Origin: Balanoglossus misakiensis
Lineage: Eukaryota > Animalia > Hemichordata
Assembly (NCBI GenBank): GCA_040954595.2
Contig: CM082592.2
Coordinates: forward strand, 6,117,531-6,181,530
Direction of reading: 5' to 3'
Length of the DNA: 64,000 nt
Shown: one piece after another, positions 27,158 through 38,569 of the stretch
Layout: each line of letters opens with the position of its first letter
Position numbering within the stretch: the stretch's first letter is position 1
The notes under the pieces: generated by a model
Told to the model about the DNA's origin: nothing
The model's database searches: none
Seen by the model: only the letters and a program-made list of their open reading frames with translations
Position numbers and translations under genes: made by a program

Positions 27158-30100
27158 CTATTCTTCGTAGCACTCTACTGTCGACAACAGAACGGTGATG
27201 TCATCTGGCTTGCCACCTGCAGGTCAAAACAGGAAACAAAAACTTTTTGAGAGTGTCTCCAGATAGTCTGACTTGCATCTCATATTTTACACGTCTCAAA
27301 GTGAGGGAACAGCTTATTCCCAGGTTCTGTCTTCTAATCTAGAAAGAGTTGGGAGATCTTTGTACCAGAGAACTTTGCATCTGATACTCTTGGAACATTG
27401 GTTTTGAAGAACTGGAAATTTCGGCCCTCCGAATTCAAGAACGTTTGGATTTCAATCATTGCATCTTAAGTATTACACAGCCAGCACTGACATGACATGC
27501 ACTCAGAAACACCCAGAAGAAAAATTTGCGGGAGGGATTGTTACCTGTAAAGTCCAATCCATTCTCTCTTGCATGGAGGGCAAATGGTGACATGTAGTTG
27601 GCATCATAAGCTAGTTTTCGAGCCCGTTCCGCTATTGCATCGGCCGTCTTCTGTATACTTTCAGCACTACGGTCCTGCAAGAAATTTATGAATCAGTTAC
27701 AGTTACAAGGGCTATTAAAGCTATACAGTCACCTCCAATTTACATATACACCCATATATGGCTGAAATGGCGTATTTGAGCGTTCTAAAGACCATATGAT
27801 GGCACTCTTTTTTTTCGCATGTGCCACCCACTGAAAATCTGTGATTGGCTAGATCTCAATTGCCATGGTAACTGTAGCTAATTTTCCATAGGTGACCGTA
27901 TACCTTTAATATTATCTGTATTTTCTGGCTAATTTACATGCAAGTAACTAATAGTACACTTTTTCGGACTTCTTCAAAAAAAGTCCTGACTTATCACTGA
28001 AGGTGACATTGTACTGAGCCAAGGCTATCATGTTCAGTACAGTACGGTATTTGACCAAGTGCTACTCTGTCTCTGTGTGAACTGAGGGTGCCGATACAAT
28101 ATGCCACCCTTACCTTTAATTTTGCAAGCTCCTGTAATATAAGGCTGTCTGGCATGTTATCGAAGAGGCCGTCTGTGGCCATAAGTATGAGATCTCCCTC
28201 CTTCAAACCGAATTCAGAACTTGCTGCCGCTTCGGGCCTACAAAGAAAAGAAAACAATAATTCTACATCAAGATCTTTCTCAATCACATGATTTTTGTTG
28301 TCACACAGGATTGATTCTACACGAATTTAGAGGAGAGTTTTGAGAAACTGGGAATGCAGTAAGTTAGTGTAGGCTATAGCAGTAGTAAAGTTTATTTTCT
28401 TCGGTTCATCAAATATAAGTTCAGCTGGTGGAATTTTAATGAAAGTCGGGCACAAAATAAACAAGTTTTTACATTATCAAGTTAACTATTTCTACATGTA
28501 CAGAGTTAGAAAGCTATCGTAAGATAAGAGCTAAATATTTCGGTAGCCTGATCTGTCAGGTGTTGTAAAGTCTGATAACAAGTACAATATTGACACAGTG
28601 TTGACATGATAAGCTAAAGAGGAGGCTCTCTCCTTTCATCACCAGACGTGTATGTTATTATTTTGGGAATCAGTGCTTCGGCTGATAACGTCGTCATTTC
28701 AGTAACTGTTAAACTAACAGCACACAGGCCCACAAATGACCATGTGCAGGTATTTGTGGATCGCAGTTCATGGACAACACAATTATCAGCGTTGATAAAA
28801 GAGTTGTGTATGATGTACAATGTACATTGACAAGTAGGCCTTGTAAACTTGTGTACTGTTGTGTGTCTTTATGTGCAAGTCAGCCCACATTGAGTGTAAA
28901 ACGTGCATGACCATACAATGAACATCACACATGCACAATGTACTATTAATAGATGAATTGGCCACAGACTGCTTAATTCTGCTACATTAGATACTTTGTG
29001 TGAATGCGTGTATTAGCGTGTGTCTGTCTACATTTTCCCCTCTCTTCGTGTGTGTCAATATTCGTCTCTCGCTCACCTCTCTCTCCCTCAATTTAATTTC
29101 AATTTGGTACACTGACCCTAAGACTGCAGGGAAATCGTTCCACCATTTTCGATCAATGAAGTATTGATTTCTGACATACTTCCACACAGCATTCCGAACG
29201 CTCAATGAACAGAACGTAATTTTAAAAAAAATCCCAGACATAATCATTCTGATAGACATTTGCCTTCAATATGCAAAGCTCCACAAAAAGGTGAAACGAG
29301 AAAGCCTGGCTTCAAGAGTTGAGTTCACTGCAGCCAACTTAGTCTTGCTCCAAGACTGTGTGATACTGAAAAAGAAATGCGCGTCCGCGTTGCGTATAGA
29401 ACAGGACGCGACGCTAATCACACAGTCTTGCCGATTCTGTAAACGCCCTCAAGTGGTTTTACCAGATTTTGGTAAGTAGCGGAGAACATTCGAACGTCAT
29501 ATGTCTGTCAATCAAATTAGCGTCGCGTCAACATGAGTTCTATACGCGTACATACCAGGTACAGAATACGCATTTTTGGGCGTTATCGCGAGCTTTGTGC
29601 GCTTCTAGATGTTCTACATGCAAATTAACGCCGCTCATGAATATTCATATCAAATATATGTGTGCAGAAACGTACAGTCGCTATGCCTGGCGGCGCGTCC
29701 ACGTACGCTGACGCAGTTCCGAAAGTTCCATAGGCACAGCGACTGCTTAGAGTCTACAGCCAACTATGTACAGATTTTCAAGCCTGCATGGCAAAAGGAC
29801 CACTGTTAAACCAAGCTTGATATATTACAGTATTAATTAATCCAGTCTCCAACTGCAATAAAACCATTGGCTAGGTCCCACAAAGGGAAGTAAATTACAG
29901 TGAAAAGGGCTTCTCAGTTGTTACCATGGGAGACTTCCTTCAAACAGCAAACCATGGGAGTTCGCACACACGAGACCAAAGGGGAAAAAGTGTCAGAGTG
30001 CCAAGCTTTGCAAAGCAAAGATGCAAAATTGCAATGAAAACCTTCTTTTCCACAATGAAATCAACATCAAGCCCACTCATTTGCAAGTATGGACTTGGAC

Positions 30101-33100
30101 TTCATTGAGTTGGTCCCTGGGCAAACTGCCAGGGTTCCTCAGAGGTACATGTAGGTGAACTTGAAACTGGATATTGACCTCTGTGGGTGCTGAAGTTCCA
30201 AGGATCTGAAATCTGAGCTTCAAACGCCGCCAAGGACGTAATTTGTGTGAAGTGCTAAAAATAAGCCGACCACCGCTGTGATACAATTTCATAGAGAAAT
30301 GACAACAGCTGTGAGCCCACAAAATTCCAAAGCGTACCCCTGGGCAAGTACACAAGTATGTTGCTACCGGCTACCAACTCTTTTATCTGCATCATACATG
30401 AGTGGCCGCCATAGTTGGCAGTTCTCCAAGACCGATCACTGTTCAGAAACGCAGTATGCGAGGAATTCCGTCATTTTCTGAGCAAACACCGGCCCCCGAC
30501 GTGACACCGGCAAATGTCACGACCTACCAATCTCGGCAGCATTAATACAAATGAAATGAAACGTGGCGCCAATATTTATTTTACTGATCACGGCGCACTG
30601 CCTGGCATGTGTGTGTAGATCATACACACATCAAAGCCATCACACATGAAGCAACGTCCCTGGATAAGCCCAATATGCTAGATAGCGCTGTCACTAAGCA
30701 GCAATGCAAGACAGGCATCTAGAGAAAAAAATACCCAGATTGTAGACTGAGCTATGACAGTAAGGTGAATGATGCACAGTCAAGTCATTATCTGCCGAGG
30801 CCAGTCACCTACTGAGAAAACACTCCATCATTGAGGGAAATTTAAAGGCAACACAGCTTGAGAAAAGGCAAATGACAAAAATGGAGCACTTACGTGTCAC
30901 TAAGAACTACTCCTAAGCCTGGGGGTGATATCGATAACTGGAAGGGCGTATTGAAGTAATGCTGCTGTTCCTCCGATCGGTGCACCACTTTCCCCCCTCG
31001 TACGACTAGAAACCCTGAATCGCCTAAATTGGCTGTATATACAATGTGGTTTTCGTTGTCAAATATTAACAAACATGCTGTACTACTCCCTGGAATAAAG
31101 AAAGAGAAAAGCAAAAAAATAAATTGTGAGTAATTATGATCATATCTGCTTTAGCTATGTTTACGTTAAACTCATCATCATCATCGTCATCATCATCATC
31201 ATCATCATCATCTCAACTCCCATGGGTAGAAACCACAGCTGTCCTATAATGTGCTAACCTCATTTCCAACTATTTCTACTTAGTAACTGTTGCAAAAGCA
31301 CACAGCAAGCACAGTTCTGCTCCATTAAATTTGTGATTGATTTTACTTCCCTTACTTTTGACTTCCCACCTTGTATAAACACATTTGACTTCCCGTATTT
31401 GTACGAATAGGAAAGTCAAATAAGTTCTATACTCGAGATACAAGTCTTTATATTAATTTTTTAATATTTTTTTTTAATCATACAAATGAAGGCACACCTG
31501 GATTGTACGACACCAATTGTAGGAAGGCCAGGCTTTCATCAAAATTTTCAACATCATTTCCGAGGAATCACCAAATGTCCTATCTCAAAAACATGAGCAC
31601 CTTCTTCCAGTTGCAGACTTACCTATGAGGGGTGCCTTATTTTCTAAAAGCTCCTTGTAGCTTGTCGATATAATTTCCACGGGCGACGTAACGGTGAAGC
31701 GGCCGTCCTTGACGATCCTCTCGCACGTCTTCATCAACGTGCTGGAGAACTGCGACGGGTCCACGCCGTAGTCTCTCCAGCCTCCGACGCCATCAGCAAC
31801 ACCTGCGGAGAAGAGAAAAACAGACGTGAAAATTCACCCGACCTTAAATAGGTTTTTGGCTGCCTAGGTGGGTGATAAAAATCTCACATGGTCGACAAAA
31901 TTTCAAGATGGCCGATTTTTGCCATGTTTAAGGAATAGGAGTTCATAAGATAAAGTGATGATGGGTCATTCTGAAACTTTTTAACATAAAAAATAACAAA
32001 GGAAGTCATGAAATACAGCAAACATATCATTTCTTCTATCTCTCACTACAGTGGGTTGTCGACTTTTCGCCCAGAATGCAATGTGATTTGACCCCCTAGC
32101 GCAAAGTTAAAACCTATTTAAGGCAGCCACAATTGGTTGTTATATAAAGGCTCCAGAGATAATACTGTAAAACACTTTATTTTCGCGAGTCAAAATTTTC
32201 GCGATATCAATAGAGGCCACTGTTTCGCGAGTATTAATTTTTTATCTCATTCACTGCATCGTTATCTTCAAAAACAATTTACGCGACTTTTTATTTTCAC
32301 GCTATTTTCGCTCTCGCGTATTTGGCGAAAATTAATTGCTCGCGAAAATAAAGTGTTTTACAGTAAACATGAGGCTGATCACGAAAATGACCTTACATTC
32401 AAGCATCTCATAAAGATGTTTTGCACAATAATCAAGTTGCTAATCTTAAAATAAATACTGGTACACAAAAAGTGGACACAAATAAAACTGCAATGCCAAT
32501 AAAAAACACAATACTTTTTTTTAATGAGAGAACTTGGTCTAGCAATGGCCATTGTTCGACAAGGGAAAAGACAGGCAATCACCCAGATATAAAATCCTCC
32601 TGATTCAATGTGAAATTACTCTCTCATGGTATCTTGCCCAATCATGAAAGTCAAACAAAATAGAGGAACAACTTTTATCGTGAATGAAACATGAAGCCAT
32701 ATAATTAGATTGCGTTTGATGGAGCATCTATATTTGGCTCCTGGTCCATAAAAGATAGTTTGTACAGTCTGTGCGCAGTGGTAAACTGGAGATTAAAAGG
32801 AGCTGGTTGCCTTGAGGAAATAACTGTTCCTTTTTTTCCACACTGGCAGAATTTTGACAGCTGTTTGCGTTTCCGTTTGTGAAGCCATTTTTATTTGCAG
32901 GTCACTGTGAACAGAAACCATCACTAATCCACAACAATTTTTCATCATTCATCAAAGCCTAAGTACTACTAAAACAACGTTAGAGCAATAATCACAAAGC
33001 TGTAAATTCTACAGCTGAACATCCCTGCAGTGATCATCGCCCCTACATCATTGTCAATGTCACGCAGGGTGATGGATGTCACTGCTGCATCTTTCAAACG

Positions 33101-36100
33101 AAGGTCACACGCTAAACTTGACCTTGACTTGATAATCTGCTTTGTCGAAACTGACGAGGCGCGCAAAATGACCTCATACAGCTGCATTATATCAACTGTC
33201 ACTGTTATCCAATTTACATGAAAGTTACATAACATGATTTTATAACTGAACTGTATCAAACAAATGTTGATATGATGATCATATCAACATTTGTTTGATA
33301 TCCCTCAATCTTTTGAGGGAAAGTATCAAAATGAAATTTCTATTTTGGATGAACAAAAATTGACCGCATTATCAAAAACAATTACTACAGTAAATTGATA
33401 ATAAATACCATAATTATCAGAGACTTTCATGGCTAGGCTAAGCTGCATTTTGCAAGGCCAGGCCCACTGACCAGGCCAGTTATTGTAAATGTGGGACACA
33501 GAGTTGTTGATGCTGATTTCCATACAATCTAAATGCCGTGCAAATGCATATTCATGAGGGCTCATCACAACGGACACAACACATCCGTGGGTGCACACAA
33601 GAGAAAACAGCAGTGAACTGCGATGTAGTTTGAAGGCAAAGACTTTGCTTTCCCGCAATGACAATTTCAAGGCTAGGAGAAAAAGTTCATCCGAGTTTAT
33701 TGAACTTCATTTTCTGTATCACCCAAAGGCAACCTCGGAAAATAGGGCAAAGGATTATATATTGTCATCAGGTAAATAAATACCATTTGGTTTCTTTTGG
33801 GTTTAGTATACTTTACATAAACTTTTTGTCTTCTCCGGGTCTTTTGTTTCCCAAACAACACAGAGGGGTTCATGTTTATCCCAGCTGGAGAGAAAACTAA
33901 ACAGCCGCTGTTCAAGGTATTGAACCATTTCTAAACACCCTGGGGGTAGGAAATACAATTTTCTACGCCACACAAGTTCACTTTCAACTTGCGACTGCCA
34001 TACAAGAAGCAGGTTCTTCACCTGTCCTTGGCATGCAAAGGTCAATGTCCTTTTCAACATTGGCAATGACTTCAACGACCTTACAAGTTTCCAGGCAAAT
34101 CACTATGCATTAGGAGTGCTTGTCAGATGAAATATGAGATCTCTAAGACTGCTAGCAATTTACATGGAATATAAGCATATAGTTGAGTTCAATAAATTCT
34201 GGCGCATGAACTGCAGGTCACTGATACAGGGCACTGATGTTCTGTTTAAAATTTTGCTTGCATATTATTGTGTAGTTTCATCCCCAGTTCCATCTTCAGA
34301 AGTCCAACCTTACCATAGGAAACAGAAGGTTTGGACTGAACCATGGTGGTGAAATTGAACGCAGTGACCTGATGATTAGTACCACAGAACATTTCGTCAG
34401 CAAACACCTAACAAGGTGCACACAGCATGTACTTGACTGTAACCCTCATTACAGTGTTTACATGCGCCTGAATAACATGTAGAGATAGTTGCTTGTTACT
34501 CAACAGTACACAGTTCCTGTGTTACACACACATCACTTGACAAACACACAAATCACCTGTATGCCCATGCTGGGCAAAGTACAAAACTCATTCCAAGGAT
34601 CTCACCAATCAACAGCATCCGCCGAGGCAACCTAACCAATGGGATTTCTTGTCTCATGGATCGTATTTATCACATGGTTGCGATAATCTCTAGAATCTAA
34701 CCAGCCACTGCACTTTGTTTTGACACAGGTTGCAACAAAAATTAGACGAGAACTTTGTACACAGATTAACCCTCTGTCTCAACCTTTCTACAGACAGTAG
34801 GTCATCTAAGAAAATCTATCTCTTTCATGCAATTTACCTTATTTTCGGTACACGCCATACTTTGTCGGGTTATGGTACAATTCAATTCGGAACCTTTGAA
34901 CAGTGACAGGTACACATCAAAACTTTTCAGAGTCCACACAGCATGACCCAAATTCACTAAAAGAACCAACATGTACGTGAGCAATTACTTCTGAAGGGCG
35001 GTGTTGGATTCTTTGACAACTGTTGTTATTCACATTTTATGGACAAGCAACCAGCCATTCTCATGACCTCTACATGACCTTACAGTACATCCTGGTAATT
35101 TCGTTGATAATGAATAAATCGGCGGTTTCAAAACTGTAGCTGAAGTCACTGAATTGTCGTAGAGTTACCAATGTAACTCACGTAGGGATCATGAAAATTG
35201 GTCAATTATGCTTGTTGGAAATGATATTGTGTTGAAAGTTTCTTTGTTGGGTCTGCATGGCGAAAACTGAGCTACAACAATGGACAGAACAGCATGATCC
35301 TGCAATATACAAAAACACAATTCCAAACTCTAGGTACTCATACTTAGTCAGGTTACTGTTACAATTTACGCAGGACTACCTGGGCCGGTGTATGTTATCA
35401 CCTGGGGCTGCTTATCATACACGCTTCATTTAACCAACCATGATTAAAGGGAAAGCGACCTCTGACCTACTAAATAATTACCCAGTGATTCAAACTACCT
35501 TGGTGACTCTAACCCTCATTAGTACACCACTGCACAAAGAAGCTCTCACAGACAATCAAATCGAACCAACAAACCTTGTTATCCCATTTTCTGATTTTTT
35601 TTTCTACCGCAAATCTCTTATTTCGCTAATGGCGACTCATGAAACCTGCCAACAAGCCAACATTCTGCCTTTTCTGTGCTCCTACAAATTTGAAGTTTTC
35701 ATCTTGTGAACTTTGATGGGGACTGTTTGGCAACTGCCAGTGCTACAGAGTCTAGACTTGAAACGGTAGTACTGTATATGGTTGAAGACACTGAAAATAA
35801 AAGCCTAAGCTAGTGTCTCTTTAATTTAATTGCATATTCCCAATGCAAGTTGCTTTGGTGCAATTACTGTATCCCAAACTGGATGTGGGTTGTACTGTAG
35901 CTTTGCGTGGTGGTGCGTGACCGTTCAGTGACCTTACACAAGCCACAGAAAAAGTACACATCCACAGCAAAGCTGCGTATCCTATGCCTGAAATCGTACC
36001 AGCAATGAATGTGTCTTGTGCATAATACTAGAGAATTCTATGAATTCTATGTATGTACAAGACACCATTCTGCCGTTTCTCTATGAGTGGGAATGTACTA

Positions 36101-36724
36101 CACTGGCGATCAGTAAACATATGACAGGGGTAATTTTATTTTTATGGCACCAAAACTAAAGCAACAGGAAACTGACTACAGTTTAGTATACCACAGCAGT
36201 ATTTTGTAAGCAGGGTGATCTCGACTTGATTCCCCCTGGCTACAAGCATAGAGGTAGGAGGAGTGACCTACCTCTATGCATAATGTTACCATCACTCGTT
36301 GAAAATGGTTACTGAAGATGGGTTATCACGTGGTGAAAAAGTTTAGCCACAACTGATGCGTTTTCGACAATCCATGAAACCGAACCCGCTAGCTGCAGAC
36401 ACAATTCAGTGTTGTGTTCAGTGTGTGTGATGAAAAGTGCAAGTGAGCTGCGTTGAGCTCAGGACTTCACCACAACTTACCTAAGACGTCAACATACTTG
36501 TACCTTGCTACAAAGCAAGCATCGTCTCCAAATATACCCTTCTTGAAAACGACATTACTAAGGTCCTTGGAGAAACCGCACGAAGCGGTCACTAGATGCA
36601 TCAAACGCTTGGCGCTATCGTCCTCTCTGTTGCAGTCATACTGCAATACACCGGCGGCATCGTATGGTATGTATCCCACCAGAGCGCGGGCAAAAATTCG
36701 ACCACACAACAAGACAGACTGCAT
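27158..36724 (-). CDS. PPTC7: Protein phosphatase PTC7 homolog (PP2C family, mitochondrial), ~310 aa. Exons 36724-36481, 31802-31623, 31089-30894, 28237-28114, 27674-27545, 27216-27158
   Basis: Motifs [66 protein letters not shown] and [11 protein letters not shown] are present. Introns are GT-AG and the exons total 933 nt in frame. Confidence 0.96.
29340..29650. mobile_element. Degraded non-autonomous DNA-transposon-like element with interleaved inverted repeats, PPTC7 intron 3
   Basis: Pairs CAAGACTGTGTGAT (29351)/ATCACACAGTCTTG (29417) and GCGTATAGAAC..GACGCGACGCTAAT (29392-29418)/ATTAGCGTCGCGTC..GTTCTATACGC (29516-29548). Palindrome ATGAATATTCAT at ~29637. The right boundary is uncertain. 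Confidence 0.45.
31173..31212. repeat. (CAT)n microsatellite, ~13 units with one interruption
   Basis: Directly visible. Confidence 0.9.
31842..32129. mobile_element. Putative small inverted-repeat element next to the PPTC7 exon 2 acceptor
   Basis: Inverted pairs CCTTAAATAGGTTTT (31842)/AAAACCTATTTAAGG (32109) and TGGCTGCCT/AGGCAGCCA. Confidence 0.4.
32165..32363. mobile_element. Tc1/mariner-type MITE (~200 bp, TA TSD, 25-bp perfect TIRs)
   Basis: TA-CTGTAAAACACTTTATTTTCGCGAG ... CTCGCGAAAATAAAGTGTTTTACAG-TA, with repeated internal TTTCGCG motifs. Confidence 0.8.
33254..33320. repeat. Perfect 23-bp-arm palindrome (1-nt spacer) followed by an 8-bp hairpin
   Basis: TATCAAACAAATGTTGATATGAT-G-ATCATATCAACATTTGTTTGATA then TCCCTCAA-TCTT-TTGAGGGA. 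Confidence 0.9.
34276..34359. mobile_element. Degenerate ~90-bp TTAA mini-MITE copy, PPTC7 intron 1
   Basis: TTTCATCCCCAGTTCC..GTCCAACCTTACCATAGGAAACA..TTTGGACTGAACCATGGTGGTGAAA, opposite orientation to the 17866 copy. Confidence 0.55.
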
Positions 36725-36869
36725 ACTTCCTTTCTTCGGTCTACGCCATTTCGTAACCTGGTGTCGCTGGAAACACTGAAGTCCGTCTTCGGGTCAAAAA
36801 TCGCGAAATACACGCGCTTTACTTCAGTACTTTGTTGACGCCATGACTATTGCAACATGACTAAATTGT

Positions 36870-36990
36870 AACTGTACGCATGCGTTCTATCTCCATGTGA
36901 CGTCACAACAACACGCCCACTTGATCGAATACGTCACTGGGTCCACCTGATTTGGAGAGCCTTTCACGGTGACAGTCACGTGATTAAGGT
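36870..36990 (-). promoter_or_regulatory. Putative PPTC7 proximal promoter
   Basis: NRF1-like CGCATGCG (36877), palindromic CRE GTGACGTCAC (36897), half-CRE ACGTCA (~36931) and E-box GTCACGTGA (36975), 150-260 bp upstream of the ATG. Confidence 0.5.
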
Positions 36991-37009
36991 TACATCACTG
37001 AGCTGTATG

Positions 37010-37466
37010 TAGTCTCGGTTACCCAGACGCCTTTGCTCTTCCGATGCTCTCCAGAAAAGGGTCTGGGGAAATGCTATTGAAAGCTTTGTAAAACAAAATG
37101 GCCGATGTCAGGATTTTGATCATCGCCTGATTGGCTGAGCTGTCAGTATGACCCGGGTCACTGACTCTCGACAATGTGTGATTATTTGTCGTATCTTCAT
37201 ATCAAGAGACCGGTACTTGTTGGTTGATGCGAAAGGCAAAAGGCGTCCTCTGTTAGCATTGTTGGAGAAATTATATGAAATATCTTTGGTAAACGATTGT
37301 CGAAACTATTGCAGTGACCCGGGTCATACTGACAGCTCAGCCAATCAGGCGATGATCAAAATCCTGACATCGGCCATTTTGTTTTACAAAGCTTTCAATA
37401 GCATTTCCCCAGACCCTTTTCTGGAGAGCATCGGAAGAAGCAAAGGCGTCTGGGTAACCGAGACTA
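37010..37466. mobile_element. Young MITE, 457 bp, ~155-bp near-perfect TIRs, TAG...CTA ends, 9-bp TSD (AcademH-like or MULE-like)
   Basis: TIRs 37010-37163 and 37312-37466 differ by one 1-bp indel as read by eye. AGCTGTATG is duplicated at 37001-37009 and 37467-37475. Confidence 0.9.
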
Positions 37467-38569
37467 AGCTGTATGTAGCGTAGTATAGTATACACAAGAC
37501 AACATTTCTCATCAAAAGTATGTTGTAATCATGTAGTATGGTGAGATGTGACACGTTTGAAGTTCCATTCCGCGTCAGGCTGGATTTCATGCAATTCTCA
37601 ACAGGCTTGCAGCTGTCGGTCGATGGCGGGTGTGCGCCATCTATGGCAACGTGAACTTCTTTTTATAACCATTTGTTTGCGAATCACCGCCCACTGCAGG
37701 TAACGCCCTCAGTCGCCAAAAATTACTTATATCTTTGTTTTATTAAAACTTCAGAAATATGCTGAAAACTGTGATAATTCGTCAGATAATTCGTTTCAGC
37801 CGAGCGTGCATCGCAAAAGTTCTCCTAAGCGTGGCTATTATTTAAATTTTATTGTCGCTTGGGTTGGCTGAACGACCTACCTATCTATCTCGCTGAAGGC
37901 CCTGGTCGGTATAAAACCACCGCCAGCAGAATTATCACTGGGGACACGTCGCGGAGAGAGTCCCACGAGGCGGGTAGTCAGAATAGAAATGCATGGCTAA
38001 GCTATAGCGGACTTACATAATTGGCTCTACTAACAGTATAATGCTTAATGTAAATCACTGGTGAGATTTGAACGCTATCAATACACCAGGTACTTAGTAC
38101 ACAGTAGTCTATTTGTAAACAGTCCAATTAGGTTAGGCTCGCGGATTTCTTGCTGAACACCGCGTGGTAGCGAGTGCGTGCTCTCTCGTCAGTTTTTTTT
38201 GTCACTCAGCGTCGTGCAATCGTTTCGAACACCCCCGAATTGCCGTTCGTGTGCTAATGCATATAGCACTTCGAAATCGGGGTTTTCTTATGTGAATTTA
38301 CGTAATCGGTTGCAGTGCCTCCGTCAATAGGAGAGTATTCGGCCGAGAACTCCCCGCGCCAAGAATGGTGCAGTCCCAAGCCACAGGAACCTTGTCGGTA
38401 TATGATCTCCGCGCACGAGAATAAGATGCTTGATATTCTAAATATAGCCAGGTCAGAGTGAGATACCGCAGGGCAGCCGAGCTGGTTCCTCTTCTGGCCC
38501 CCAACATCAGCAGTGCCAAGCAACACTTGGCTTTCTCTCGAATCCTGAAATCCTCACCGACGCCTCGCG

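Noticed and set aside
32165-32363. TTTCGCG motifs shared between the TA-MITE and the satellite
   Set aside because: Only a 7-9-bp match with no extended colinearity.
37148-37483. 111-aa ORF as a MITE transposase
   Set aside because: It is too short, runs through the TIR and has no DDE or helicase motif.
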